64,000 bases of DNA from the human T2T-CHM13v2.0 reference genome, Homo sapiens, in NCBI RefSeq assembly GCF_009914755.1, contig NC_060942.1, one strand, 5' to 3'. The translations under genes and the position numbers were made by a program. Numbering within the stretch: the first letter of the stretch is position 1; every line of letters begins with the position of its first letter. Under the pieces are notes generated by a model that saw only the letters and a program-made list of their open reading frames with translations, was not told the DNA's origin and made no database searches. Shown here piece by piece: positions 30,140 through 43,199 of this stretch.

Positions 30140-32320
30140 CATATGAGTGTTTAAGAAACTATTTAACCTTTTACAAAATATTGTCTTTGGGTTTATTAAT
30201 TTATTGTATCTTTACTGTCTTTTTAATTAATTTCTGCTATTATTTAAAATATTTATTATTTCCTTTCTTCTGCTTGTATAGATTTATTTTGCTGTTCTTT
30301 TTCCTAACTTCTGTAAACTGATAATGAGATGATTGATTGATTGATTTTTTAGCTTCTACAATTTTCCATTATATATGTTAGGGCTACAAGTTTTATTCAA
30401 ATCATGACTTTAGCTGCATTGCCAAAGTTTCATTATATTGTATTTCAGTTAGTTATAATCTATCATCGTGATTTTTATTGTGATTTCTTCTTTGACTCAT
30501 GAACTATTTAGAAGTACATTGCTTAATTCCAGATAGGGATTTTATGATTTTAATGGATTACCTCTTTGATACTAATTTATAGCTAATGCCATTTTTTAAT
30601 TTTAATTTTTGTGGGTACATACTAGGTACATTTAATATTATTTATTTATTCTTTTTTTTTTTTTTTTTTTGTAAAAGCAGGGTCTCCCTATATTGCCAAG
30701 GCTGGTCTTGAATTCCTGGGCTCAAGCGATCTTCTTATTTCAGCCTCCCAAAATGCTGGCATTACAGGTGTGAGCCACCATGCCCGGCCAGTTAATTTTA
30801 TTTTGATCAGAGATCATTCTGTGACTTTTAAAATGTTTTAATCCTTTGAAATACGTTAAATCATGCTTTATAGTTCATGAGCCATGCACATCTTTCCAGT
30901 TTTTCCATTTGTCTATGCTTGAGGCTGGATATATTTTATTGTCCTAACTGCCAGTTTACCAGTCCTCTCTTTCATTGTATTTAATCTGCCAATAAACCCA
31001 TTTATAAAACCCTTACTTTCTGTCACCGAGTTTTTTCTTCTAGAATTTCTATTTCTTTTCTTTTTAATAAGAGGTATGCATCTGGTTAACTTTTGCAACT
31101 TCTCTTTTTCTAAATATGTAAATAGCAGGTATTTTACAATCCGTAACTGATAACTCCAAAATCTGGATAACATTTTACTGCTTTATTCTTTTTTCTTTTA
31201 TTCATCTTTTTAAATGCTTAGTAACTTTTTAAGTTTTTTAATTTGACACAGAATAGATGTACATCTTTTCAGAGTATATGTGATAATTTAGTATATTCAA
31301 ATATATGTCTTTTCTTTATGCATATTATTCTCTTTTAGCTACTTTAAAATGTACAATAGATTGTTGTAAACTATAGTCACTCTACTGACCTATTGAACAC
31401 TAGGTCTTTTTTCTTTTATCTAACTGTGTATTTGTACATATTAATAAACCTCTTTTCATTCCTCTCCTATGAGTCCTAACCTTGGGGAACTCGTAATGCC
31501 TAGTACTATTGATTGAATGCTAGATATTATGTACAAAAATTACAGAAGTTCTGGTCAATGTCACATTCATCTGGAAAAAATGTATTTTTGATCTTTATGA
31601 GCAGTTTACCTTAATTTAGTCAGATATTGAACTGATTTGGAGCTGGACTTCTATCACTCTAAGGCCTATTCCATTTTGATCAGAGATCATTGTGTTTCTA
31701 GGTTACCCTTACCTTTAAGATGAAGGCTTCAGGAATTTTAGATGAAAGCCTGGGAATACTTATCAGAACTCCTCTTTCTTGGTGGAGCCTGAACTATAAA
31801 TTTTTTTTCACATATTTTGTCTGCACAATAACTCTGTTTAGATTTTTAGCCTGTTAGTGTGTTTTCTCTTTGACCTCTCAATCTCCTGTTTGGGAACCAT
31901 CATACTCCTCACTAGGAAAAACGGTATAAGAGTTTAATTATTTGTGTTTTTCTTCTCAGTGTCTTTGGTCCTTCAAGTCCTAGCTGCCTTGGAAGCCCTA
32001 AACTGCATTTTTTTTTTCTTCTCAGTTTCTGATATTATCAGACTCTGCTCAGCTCTTCTACCTTTTTGCTTCTACTTTCTACTTCGTTTTTCAGACTCTT
32101 GCTTTATGTGAGTTTTCTGAATCAGCAAATGCTTTGAGGAAAGAAATAGTGAAGACTACCAGGTTTTCCTCAATGCATTTTCCTTTTTGAGAGAATCCTG
32201 GCACCTAACGTTTTGACTTCCTTGATTGTTCTCAAATGCCTTCGAAGAGATGTGCTTTATTCTAAGCAGGTGAGTAGGTACAATGCAAGTTACTCCATTG
32301 TAGCCGGAAACAGAAATCTA
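30140..32320 (-). mobile_element. Old L1 (ORF2 start/ORF1/5' region remnants) with nested FLAM and L1MA 3' fragment
   Basis: Minus ORF 30913-31173 reads RLNTMKERTGKLAVRTIKYIQ, resembling the L1 ORF1 coiled coil; GATTTCTTCTTTGACTCATGAACTATTTAGAAGT. Confidence 0.7.
30652..30789 (-). mobile_element. Alu monomer (FLAM/AluJ left arm) inside L1
   Basis: Poly-T followed by a single ~120-bp left-arm monomer. Confidence 0.9.
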
Positions 32321-32931
32321 TTTATTTCTCCATATAACTAAAAACCTACTATAAGTTACCCTTAGTGTTAACCTCAAGTTCTGCTTAGCCAGCAAAGTCA
32401 TGTAGAGTGATACAGAGAGCTGGGGAATTTCAATAACAGAGTAGAGGGAGATCACGGTAGAGAAGGATCTGGTTGGAGCTTGCAAATAATCTGGTAACTA
32501 CTCCTGAGAAGGTGATCCAATCGGTTGTTGCCTCCTCTGGCCAGGACTCCTGTATGTCTTCAGCTGAACTGCTTCCCTTCTCTAGGTCTCTTTCCCCCCC
32601 AAGGCCAGAGTCTCCTGAATGTTAGTGTGTATGGCCAGGTAGGACCCCATTTGTGTTTTCCTTCTCTGTGACTTTGGCCCTTCAAGTCCTAGCTGCCTTG
32701 AAAGCCCTATGGTGCATTTTTTTTCCTTCTCAGCTTCTGATATTGTCAAACTCTGCTCAGCTTTTCTACCTTTTAGCTTCTACCTTCTACCTGCTGTTTC
32801 AGACGCTTGCTCCATGTGGGTTTTCTGAATCAGCAAATGCCTTAAGGAAAGAAATAGTGTAGAATATCAGGTTTCCCTCAGTGCATCTTCCTTTTTGAGA
32901 GAATCTTGTACTTTACATTTTGACTTCCTTG
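31940..32931 (+). repeat. ~285-bp diverged direct repeat (31940-32224 and 32649-32931)
   Basis: Collinear alignment by eye with shared blocks CCTTCAAGTCCTAGCTGCCTTG, GTTTTCTGAATCAGCAAATGC and TTCCTTTTTGAGAGAATC. Confidence 0.95.
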
Positions 32932-34475
32932 CAGTACCTCTTCAGAATCACAAGGGCTAAACAGGTAAGTATCTGATCTAGGCACTACAGGGAAAGCTTG
33001 ATGATAAATACAGAAAATAGTTTATGCAGATGTTTGTTTGTGGGGAGGTATCAAATGTTAGGGATGAGTTGTGGCATGGAGAAATCTATGGCAAGGAAAA
33101 TCCCTAGTAGTAGTTAGTATCCAATAAATACTTTGAAATCACTGAAGCAGAGTGCTTCTTTCCCTCCTTCACTTAAAATCCCCTGGGCAAGACAGAACAC
33201 TTGTATTTATACTAGAGATACAATACTTCTGATTTTTTTTCCAAGCTAACAGATTTAGCTAACTAACTGAAAACTAGACCTTGAGTAAAAGCTACTGAGT
33301 AGATAAGAGAAACTGTTTTTACAATGTATGAGGACATTTTCAGCAGCATCTCTCATGCTGCCTCCTCAGTTCTCCTGCTGGTGTCTTCCCTCCCTCTTCA
33401 CAATAGACAGACTGATTTCCACATAAACTTAAATCCCATTCAAACCAATCTGATTTAAGGAAAAATTTTAAGTAATCTTTTCATCTCCCTTTTAACCAAT
33501 AGGGTGATAAAAAGAAACTGGTTTGTGCAAGTCTTGTTGGAGCAGCCTAACATGATCTGGTGCTGAATATTTAATTTCCTGCCAGGATAGCCTATTTCTG
33601 TACTGATCATTGGACATGACTCACTGCCCTACAGTGGTTCCACTCTGACCAGTAGGATCCCTCCACTGAAGTTTCAGAAACAGAGATGCCTTCTTGGACA
33701 TCCCCTCTGTGGATTCGTAGAACTCCCCATTTGCTGTAATCTCTATTATGACCATCATTTCCCATTGGTCTGATTTGCCTTGTATCCGCATTGCCAGATG
33801 TAGGTCCCTGCCTTAGTCTTGCAATCTCCTTCCTTCTCCCGGGGTCATGAGCAGGTCTTCCAGAGGCTGGTGGCAGGGTGTTGCCACCCTAGATTTACTC
33901 TCACAGTGTCCTGTCTGCTTATTGGCACACCCACAACTTTATCTTTGACTCTTTATCTCCATTGTGTCTAAACTTAGTGTCGCTGGGGGAAGGCTTGCCC
34001 TGCTTATCTTGCTGACCCATGGCTTTCAGCCATGACTTTTACCCAAAGTCTGTCACACCTTCTTCACAGACACAGCATTAAGTTCCAACTCTTTTCACAC
34101 CTGCTCTGGCACAACTAATAAATATATAAATCCTAAGATAAGGAATATAATTGCCTTCTATCAGCCTTGTGTTTTATTATGCTAGAGAAAAGGCGTAGTC
34201 ACTACTTTCATTAAAGAGGCATTCTTATTGAAAGACTAGCATGCACAAACAAGTCAACATTTTATCTTATGCATGAAGGTTTAAGAAAGTTAAGTTTTAT
34301 TAGCTTGTTCATTTTATTTTTCCTTTCTGTTCTCAAACTTGAGAATATTGGTTAGAGGTAATTGCGTTATACATCACAATGCTGCAACCATATACAGGTT
34401 GCTGCAGTGGTTAAAGCATTAGATACAGATAGTAATACTATCTAAAAGTTGTTACATCACCATAAACAGAATTTT

Positions 34476-34785
34476 ATTATTATCATTATTATTATTATTA
34501 GAGACGATAGCTCACTCTGCCACCCAGACTGGAGTGCAGTGGCACAGTCACAAGTTAGAGCAGCCTATACCTCCCAGGCTCAAGCAATCTTCTCACCCCA
34601 GCCTCCCGAGTAGCTAGGACCACAGGTGTGTACTACCATGCCTAGCTATTAAAAACAAATGTTTTGTAGAGATGGGGTCTCCCTATGTTGTCCAGGTCGG
34701 TCTCAAACTCCTGGGCTCAAATGATCCTGCTTCTTCGGCCTCCCGAAGTGCTGGGATTATAAGAGTGATCCACGGCACCTAGCCC
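34476..34785 (-). mobile_element. Alu (AluJ-like) with (ATT)n tail
   Basis: J-type diagnostic sequence; TSD AAACAGAATTTTA on both sides. Confidence 0.94.
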
Positions 34786-36974
34786 ACAAACAGAATTTTA
34801 AATGACTTGATGAAATGATACAAAAAATAAATATAATCCAGGTGATGTGGAAACCACTCTCATTTGCTTGCCATCTTATGTGTCAGACACTGTGCTCTAC
34901 TGTCTTATACACATCATCTCATTGTTTAGAGAGAAGGAACTGACGGTGGAGAAGTTGAGGAATAAAATGAAAATGAATATACACACACATATAATTTAAT
35001 CGGTTGAAAAAAATGTCAGACAGGGCTTGATGAAAATTATTTTTAGATACAAGTTTTTTTCCCCAATTTTAAATAATGGATGATACAGAGTGATTAGAGA
35101 CAATATTATGGGTTTCCACAATATTGTCCATAAGGAAATGTATTCATTTATAATACTATGGGAGATGTCCAGGTGTATATGACTTTGGTAAAATTGACTG
35201 AGGATCTGGATAAGCAAAGTTGTGAGTTATTGTACTCAATCATCATTTTTTATTGAATTCAGAGGGATCTTCAATCAACTTCTCTGCTGACCTGAAACTA
35301 AGGGATTTAAGCATCTATCTGGATTAAATGTATCTCCCAGGCTAGGATGGAATCTTACCTTTCATAGTATATTCCACAGTCCCTACCATTGTGTCCAGTG
35401 GCTTATAATATTAAGGATGGATGTAGCCTACATTTTCAATATGAATATATGACATTGTAATTATTAATTTTTCTTTGCAAAAAGTGTGCCAACCATTTTC
35501 AGAAATACCTCATACATATTTCATACTTACGGCTTGTTTTTAACCTCTCAAAATATTGTTTCTTTTACTTTTACTCTGAAACATTTTGTTACTTTCAATT
35601 ATTACAAGACAAAAATTTAAGTAATTGGCTGAGAGAATATTGGTCTAAATGAAACATTCAACCCAATTTTGTTTTCTTTGGACCACCGTTTAAATGGAAA
35701 ATGAACAATTGCAAAGTGTATGTCAAATTATTTTCTCAAAGAGATACTGCCCAGATATCTCTCCTTTGAAGGCTCACTGAGATGGCCATTTGCCGAACCT
35801 CCTAGTTCCTAGTTTTCTTTTTCCTGGTGTGCATTGGTCTGCAGAAAGTGTAACCAAGCCCTGGCATCTGAATACAATGGGAAGGACTCTGAAACTACAG
35901 CCCAATGTGCTAGTTTTAAATCTGGCTTTATTACCTGCATGCTTATCTTTCTGGTTCTCAGTTTTCTCTCATCACGAAAATGAATTGTTTTGGTCCAAGT
36001 GATCTCTAACAAACTGCCAGCTCTTTAATTTGAAGTCTCAATGATTTGTTTAGTTTAGAAGGCTGAAATCAACAAGCCTATTCAATACTTACTAAAGAGG
36101 CCATGTAAGGAGCATCCAGGTATCTCTTTGCTGCTTTCTGGCTAGGCAGTCGTGCAATAGAATGGCTATGTGAAGCAATGGATAAGAGGATGGGCTCTGG
36201 AGTCAAATTACCGGGCTTTAAATCCCAGTTCCAACAACTACTGGGTGTAAAACTTTCCTCAATTTGTCTCAGTTTCCCAACTGGTTCAGTTCCATGGATC
36301 TTGTATTGAATCACTTGGAGCTGGGGTTGAACCAAATGACATTTTTAAAGATCTATCTAGTGTCAAGATCCACAGTACTATATTTGATAGGTGCGCTGAT
36401 GCAAATAACTATCAAGGAACAAAGAGTGACTCTGTGGATTTCAACTTCAGAGTTTGAAATGAATCCAATGTTCAGGAAGCAGAGCTCAAATTAATGTTTT
36501 CCCATGGCCATCCTCCTACCATTAAAAAACTGTCCTCTACCCAGATCTCTCTAATGCTCATATGATGTTCACCAAACTAAGAACCAACTCTATTTAGCAA
36601 TAATAGGCTGACAATTTCACATGTTTCTAAAATACTCCATGGTAAACCTGAATGATCTAGCTAGGACTAGCCAGGTTCCTTTCTATCTATGTCCTTTGCT
36701 TCTTTTCAAGGCAGTTCAAGTTGTCCATAAAAGCTTGCATCTTAACTGTGGCTTACTTGGATCTCTCTCTTCTTTCCATCTCTTAGCTTCATAGTATCAT
36801 ATAGATAGAGAACACTTTATAGGTCATCTCACCTAAGCTCTTTCCTATAAGATAATCCCTTCTATACACTCACATTAGTCAATAGCAGATATAGTTCCAT
36901 ATCATGTCTTGTATTTTTTTCTTACTGTTTACATGTCGTCTTGTCTGACAAAATTGCAAGCTGCATGAGATAGG

Positions 36975-37346
36975 CATATTAGTCCATTTTCACACTGCTG
37001 TGAAGAAATAGCTGAGACTGGGTAATTTACAAAGAAAAGAGGTTTAATTAACTCACAGTTCCTCATTGCTGGGGAGGCCTCAGGAAACTTACAATCATGG
37101 CAGAAAGGGAAGCAAACACATCCTTCTTCACATGGCAGGAAAGAGAAGTGCAGAGTGAAGAGGAGGAAAGCCCCTTATGAAACCATCAGCTCTCATGAGA
37201 ACTCACTATCAAAAGAACAGCATGGGGGAACTGCCCCCATAATCTAATCACCTCCCACGTGGTCCCGCCTACAACACATGGGGATTATGGGAACTATTAA
37301 TACAATTCAAGATGAGACTTGGGTGGGAGCATAGCCAAACCATATC
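36975..37346 (-). mobile_element. MaLR solo LTR (THE1C/D-like)
   Basis: TATTAGTCCATTTTCACACTGCT...GAGGCCTCAGGAAACTTACAATCATGGCAGAA...AGCCAAACCATATCA. Confidence 0.92.
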
Positions 37347-40300
37347 ACAAGGGAAGGGCTGTGTATGGAGGACTCTTCTGCTACTAATAGCTAGAGCTGG
37401 CCTTGGGTATGAGGTTAAGAATAAGCAGTAACCTCTGTTCTTCAGGTTCAAACACTAAGAGATGAAAGCAGTAGAATGACAGATTGGGTTCACATACATT
37501 GCATGAGTCTCTTTAAAAAACTAAAAGTTATCAAGGTGAAAAACATTTCATCATAGTTTTTATATTTGCAGTACCAAGTTCAGGTCAAATATACTAAGTT
37601 CTAATGAACGTTTATTGACAAATACATATGCTATGTATCTCCTGTACTCTCACAGCCCCTAACATAACCTTGGCCACATAGGTGCTTTTCATACATTATT
37701 TCATTTAACTGCATTTAATCCTCATTGAAACTCTAAAGAGTTGGTGCTACTATCTATAAGCTCATTTTTTTCAGATGAAGAAGCTAAAATGCAGAGAGGT
37801 AGCTTGACTAGTTTTCCTCAGGGTGAGTCAAATTCAAACCTGTCTAACTTCAAATCCAAATTCTTCTCCTGTTACAAGATGACCTTGTGTTGCAAGTATG
37901 TAAATTCACGGAGAGTCTTTACTCTTCATTCTAAATCGACCTGGAGGGCCAGCCCCATCTTTGACACATTCCCTGTAGTCCTGCTGAAGAAGTGCTTGGG
38001 GCTACTGGGCCACGGGGGTACCATCTTCTTGGCCTCAGCCATGGGTACCAGGAATGTGCCTTTGACGCACTGAAGGCAATCAGATATTTTCCTATGAGGA
38101 AGCTGTATTCCAGAAAAGATTGCCAAAACAGTTGGAGGTTATCATGGAGGGTTAGGAAAACCAAAGTCAGATGTAAGCTAAAGTTATATAGGAGCAAAAG
38201 CAAGAATCTTGCAAAGAAAATTTGTCTCCAGATGGATAAAAAGAAACACAGGCAGGCAAGAGTCAGTATGGCCCTGGAGAGGGAGACAGAGGAGCTGCCT
38301 GGCAACTTCCCAATTCCCATGAGGCCTGACTATACTTCTGATATCTGTCTTCTAGGAGGTTCACCTTTATCTTTTTAATAGATTCCCTTTTAACGTAAAC
38401 AAGCCATCCCTACAATGACCTTTCTGTGCATCCCTTTTTCTCTTACAGCCCATGTGGGTGGGATTTTTAGGGAGAAAGAAGAACCTCCATGATTCTGTGG
38501 TATTCCTCTGAGATCTCTTTTTGGCTCCTATGCCAACAGAGTGATATAAACATAAACTCCTGACGGCAGGGCTCCTAAGGCCCTGCTAGGAATTGGGAAC
38601 ATTTCAAATATTGCTTCATATTTGGAGCACTCTGAAGTCGCAGTGACAAATTTACCAAAGAGCCAGAAAATGAAAACCCAGAAGAATGCTCTTCTCTACC
38701 TTGTTGCCTTTCAAGTAGTGAAAGCCAGTCTCTTGGAGGATGCTTACAAGGATAAGTGTGCCAAGAAAGCTTCCTTTAGTGAATTTCTTGCAGCCAGGAA
38801 AGCAAAGTTTCCAAAACTAAAATCTAGTCATTGTTGGACCTGGGATTCCCTTCCTGGGACAATTACATTGTGCTCCTCCTTAGCGCCTTGTTGCTTAGCA
38901 ACCACAGTAGTATCAGGGGAAGGAACTGGAGAGATGAGTCTTTTCCAAAGTGGGGCTGGAGTGGAAGGAATCAGGAATGGAAATTACCTTCTCATTTCCT
39001 AGAGAGAAAAAGATATGCTATGGACCCCAGAGGTGGCAAAATTAGGCTGCATCAGGAAGGAGTCATGTCCACACGATATTTTAATAATCAAAACTAGTAT
39101 TTGAACAGAATTATTTAACTTTGTAATGTAACCGTACATCTGATCTTTCCTGTGAGCCTCATAATCATTAATATCTTAGGGCAAGACTGTAAGTTCTCAG
39201 CTTATAGAGAACTGAGGTAGAGAGGTCTGAAATTGGCTCAGCTTCACCCAGACAGTTAATGGCAGAGCAGGACTACATTCCAACACTCATTTTCTTTCTC
39301 TCCACAATATCCTTGATTGATTCATTCATGCATTCATGAAGCAAGACTAACGTTCATCTCATATGCATAGATAGGCATGATGATCTTAAAATACTGGAAT
39401 TTTAAAATAATTACTGCTCTAAACTCACCCCCATGCCTCTCATTCTGACATTCTGTCTCCTGAACTCCACAGGATCATATAACCGAAAGGAAATCACTTG
39501 GCTGAGCAGAGCCATGGGTCTGCGTCCACTCTATGGATTGATTCCATATCAGGTTGGTTGTCAAATATTTTTGACATTCCACCAGTACTTACTGGGCATA
39601 TACTGGGCTCCAGGTACAATCTTATCCAGGGAAGATACAGAAGTATAATGCAAAGTCCTTGATCTCAAGGACTTTTAAAAATTTTCCCCTCAATCTGCAG
39701 TTGGGAGGAAATAAAAAAATAAAGACCCCAAATTTTTTCTAGAATACTTCTCAAGACAGGGAGCTCAATATTATTTAAGTAATGATTTGTTCTCAATGTA
39801 GGTTCAATAACAGTATTTTTCATTATATTGAGCTAAGGTCTGCCTCCTCATAACCTCAGCTGACCAGGGCTTGTTATCACCCACCCCTCCACCCTCGAGC
39901 AGAGTCAAGCAATCTCTTTTCTATTTTCCCTGATGCTTTTCTTATATTTAAGAAAAGTTTTCACATCCAATCTGACTGTTCCCAATATGCTCTCACTGTT
40001 CTTCTGGGACTCTCTTGTGACCTAGAATCAAAAATTGAGAAAATTTTAGGGCTGGTTTGGTCCTTAGAGACTTTCAAATACTCCTGTTTTTTTCAGAAGT
40101 GGAATCAGTGGGGCAGAGAGATGAGGAGACTTGTCAAATAAGTTTATAACTAAGTCTCCTTTATGATCTGGTCTATGGTCTTTTTTATTGCAGCGTAGAA
40201 CATACTCTGAATTTCTACATTTCCAGAATGGCCCCTAAACTCCAAATGTGACTTATTCACTGTATAGTTCCTTGTGGCTATCACCTCCCTTGTTTAGGGA

Positions 40301-40386
40301 CACCTATGCATGCTATATTAGCTAAGAGAGTAGGAGCTTTGTAAATATCCTGATCACACTGTGGGAGCATGTGCTTTCAATTGGAT

Positions 40387-40598
40387 CAGTGATTCTCAAT
40401 GCTTGTTACATATCAGAAGCACCTAGGGTTTTATTAAAAGTACTGATGCTCAATGCTGGTTACATATCAGAAGCATCTAGGTTTTTATTAAAAGTACTGA
40501 TGCTGGGTCTATGCAAGTCCAGTTCAATAAAGATGGATCCCAAGCATCAGTAATTCCTCCAGGTAATTTTGATTCATAATCAGTATTGAGAATCACTA
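40387..40598. mobile_element. MER5-type hAT/Charlie MITE with internal 54-bp tandem duplication
   Basis: Perfect 12-bp terminal inverted repeat AGTGATTCTCAA (40388-40399) / TTGAGAATCACT (40586-40597). Confidence 0.85.
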
Positions 40599-40774
40599 CA
40601 TTAGATATTACTAACCCATTTCCCAGAAAGGCGAGAATCAACACCGTAGAAGGTGACTGGCTCTGAGCATTTGATTACACTGCTTGATCTCAACTTCTTA
40701 TAAAGGAAAAAAGGATGGGTTTGTCTCATTTCTTTTTACCTTTAGCTTCAGAGATATGAAAATGACATGAGCTG

Positions 40775-41194
<420 letters not shown>

Positions 41195-42208
41195 TCATTC
41201 TGCAGATCCTTGGAGTACATCTGGCATAGGGCCTTGGACAAAAAGGAGTTATCATTATGGTCATTTTACAGGTTAGGCACATGGATGCCCAGAACACAGA
41301 GCTATATCCCAGTTGGCAGCAATTCAGATATTTGGTGATATCAGAGGAACAATTATTCTCAACTACATTTATTGACATTGTCCATGCAAGGCACAGCCTA
41401 GTCCTGATAAGTTTTATATTTGGTTGGAAAACAGGTAATGGAAAAAAATACATGTGTGTGCAAAGGGGAAAATGAAAAGTGTATGTTAAATACACATAGA
41501 AAATAAATGTGCAGCAATTTTAAAAAGACATGATTTCAGACCCCACTCTCCTCCCACCACTTCAGCATCTGTACTCCACACACTTTGTAAGCCTCTTCTT
41601 CCTGATATTTTTGTGCATTCGTTGTAGTTAGAGCTTCGCATGTCAGTCTTTCCCACTAGGTCATGAATTCTGTGAGGATGGGGACTATGTCTTGGTCACA
41701 TTTGTATCTCCAGTTGCTACTAATGTATCTGGCACATCACCATGCTCCATAAATATTTGCTGAGTGCCCGCATGATTCTGATACTGGAGACTGTGTGAGA
41801 CTAAAAGATGTATGTCCTGTGCATTCTCATCAAGTGCTCGGATGGCCTTTTGATTTCTTCAAGGGCTCCTGGGCCCTGAAAATGGGTATCTTAAAATTGC
41901 CTGACTCTATTTTCAGGCTAGATCAAGTTCAGACTTTCTGTGTGTCAAGGTTTGTTTCTCAGACGATCACAAAGTGGTCTAATTGAGAAAGAAAATGAGA
42001 AGAATTCCTGTGACATTCACCTAGGATTTGAATATAGGTCCCATTCTATTAACAGATGTACAGTTTAGGGATGGGGGTTTAGTTTTTAGAAATCCTTTAT
42101 TATCATATATTAAAATTTTTATATTTGTAATATATTATTATATACCAAAAATATTAATGTGTATAAAATATTTATTGTATCTATTTTACATATGTATATA
42201 TATTTATA

Positions 42209-42247
<39 letters not shown>

Positions 42248-42575
42248 CCAATCATGCGTCAATTAGCTTATGGGGAGGTGTTCTGAGAAATACATCAGTA
42301 GGCGACTTTGTGCAAACATCATGGAGTGCACTTACACAAATCTAGATGATATAGGCTACTGCACACTCAGGCTATATGGGGTAGCCTATTGCTTCTAGGC
42401 TGCAAACCTGTACAGAATATTACTGTACTAAATACTGTGGGCAAATGTAACACAATGGTAAGTATTTGTGTATCTAAACACAGAAAAGGTACAGCAAAAA
42501 TACAGTATTATATTATATGGGATCACAGTAATATATGTGGTCTGTTGTTCACTGAAACATTATTATGGGTGTGTG
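42248..42575. mobile_element. Tigger3/GOLEM (MER7)-type DNA transposon remnant
   Basis: GTTCTGAGAAAT...CAAACATCATGGAGTGCACTTACACAAATCTAGATG...GCCTATTGCTTCTAGGCTGCAAACCTGTACAG; flanked by (TG)/(TA) and (CA) microsatellites. Confidence 0.85.
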
Positions 42576-43199
42576 TACACACACACACACACACACACAC
42601 ACAGAGGCATATATATTTTTTCATATATATGTAAGAGAGTGAGAATATCCCTCCTTTCCTTTCTCTCCTCTCCCCTCTCATGATTCAGAGATGGGCTACA
42701 TACAAGGAAGGAACGTTGGATAAGAAGTCAAGGAACATAGCATCTATTCCTGGCTTTGAATTAACTTAGTGGCTTGGGGTAGTGCATCGTTTCCTCAGTT
42801 TTAAAAAGATGGGATTCTAATAGATGATCTCACAGGTAAACTTCTACTGCACTATAATTCTACAGACTTATCATCTATTGCAGTGAATTTTAATAAGGTA
42901 TGTGCTTTTCTTAGCTACTTTTCTAATCCACACAACACCACAGGAAGGAAGACTCTGTAAATACGCCTAGGTTATAGAAGGGAAACGACTAGGGCAATAG
43001 GCTTTAGTTCTGGTTTGGATGACATCAGACAGCCATATGCTTGTGGACAAACCCTTCTGATTTCTGGGGCTACTTTCTCCACTGGAAAAGCGCGGGGAAT
43101 AGGCCACATGCTATCTTAGTTCTCTGTGGACTTTGGTGTAGGATTTCAGAAATCTGGGTGTACAAGCAAATGAGAAAGGTCATTTGATTACAGAGAATA

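Noticed and set aside
37741-39097. Cluster of 110-130 aa ORFs on both strands
   Set aside because: Mostly non-ATG starts, no recognisable similarity, partly in MIR/LTR-like sequence.
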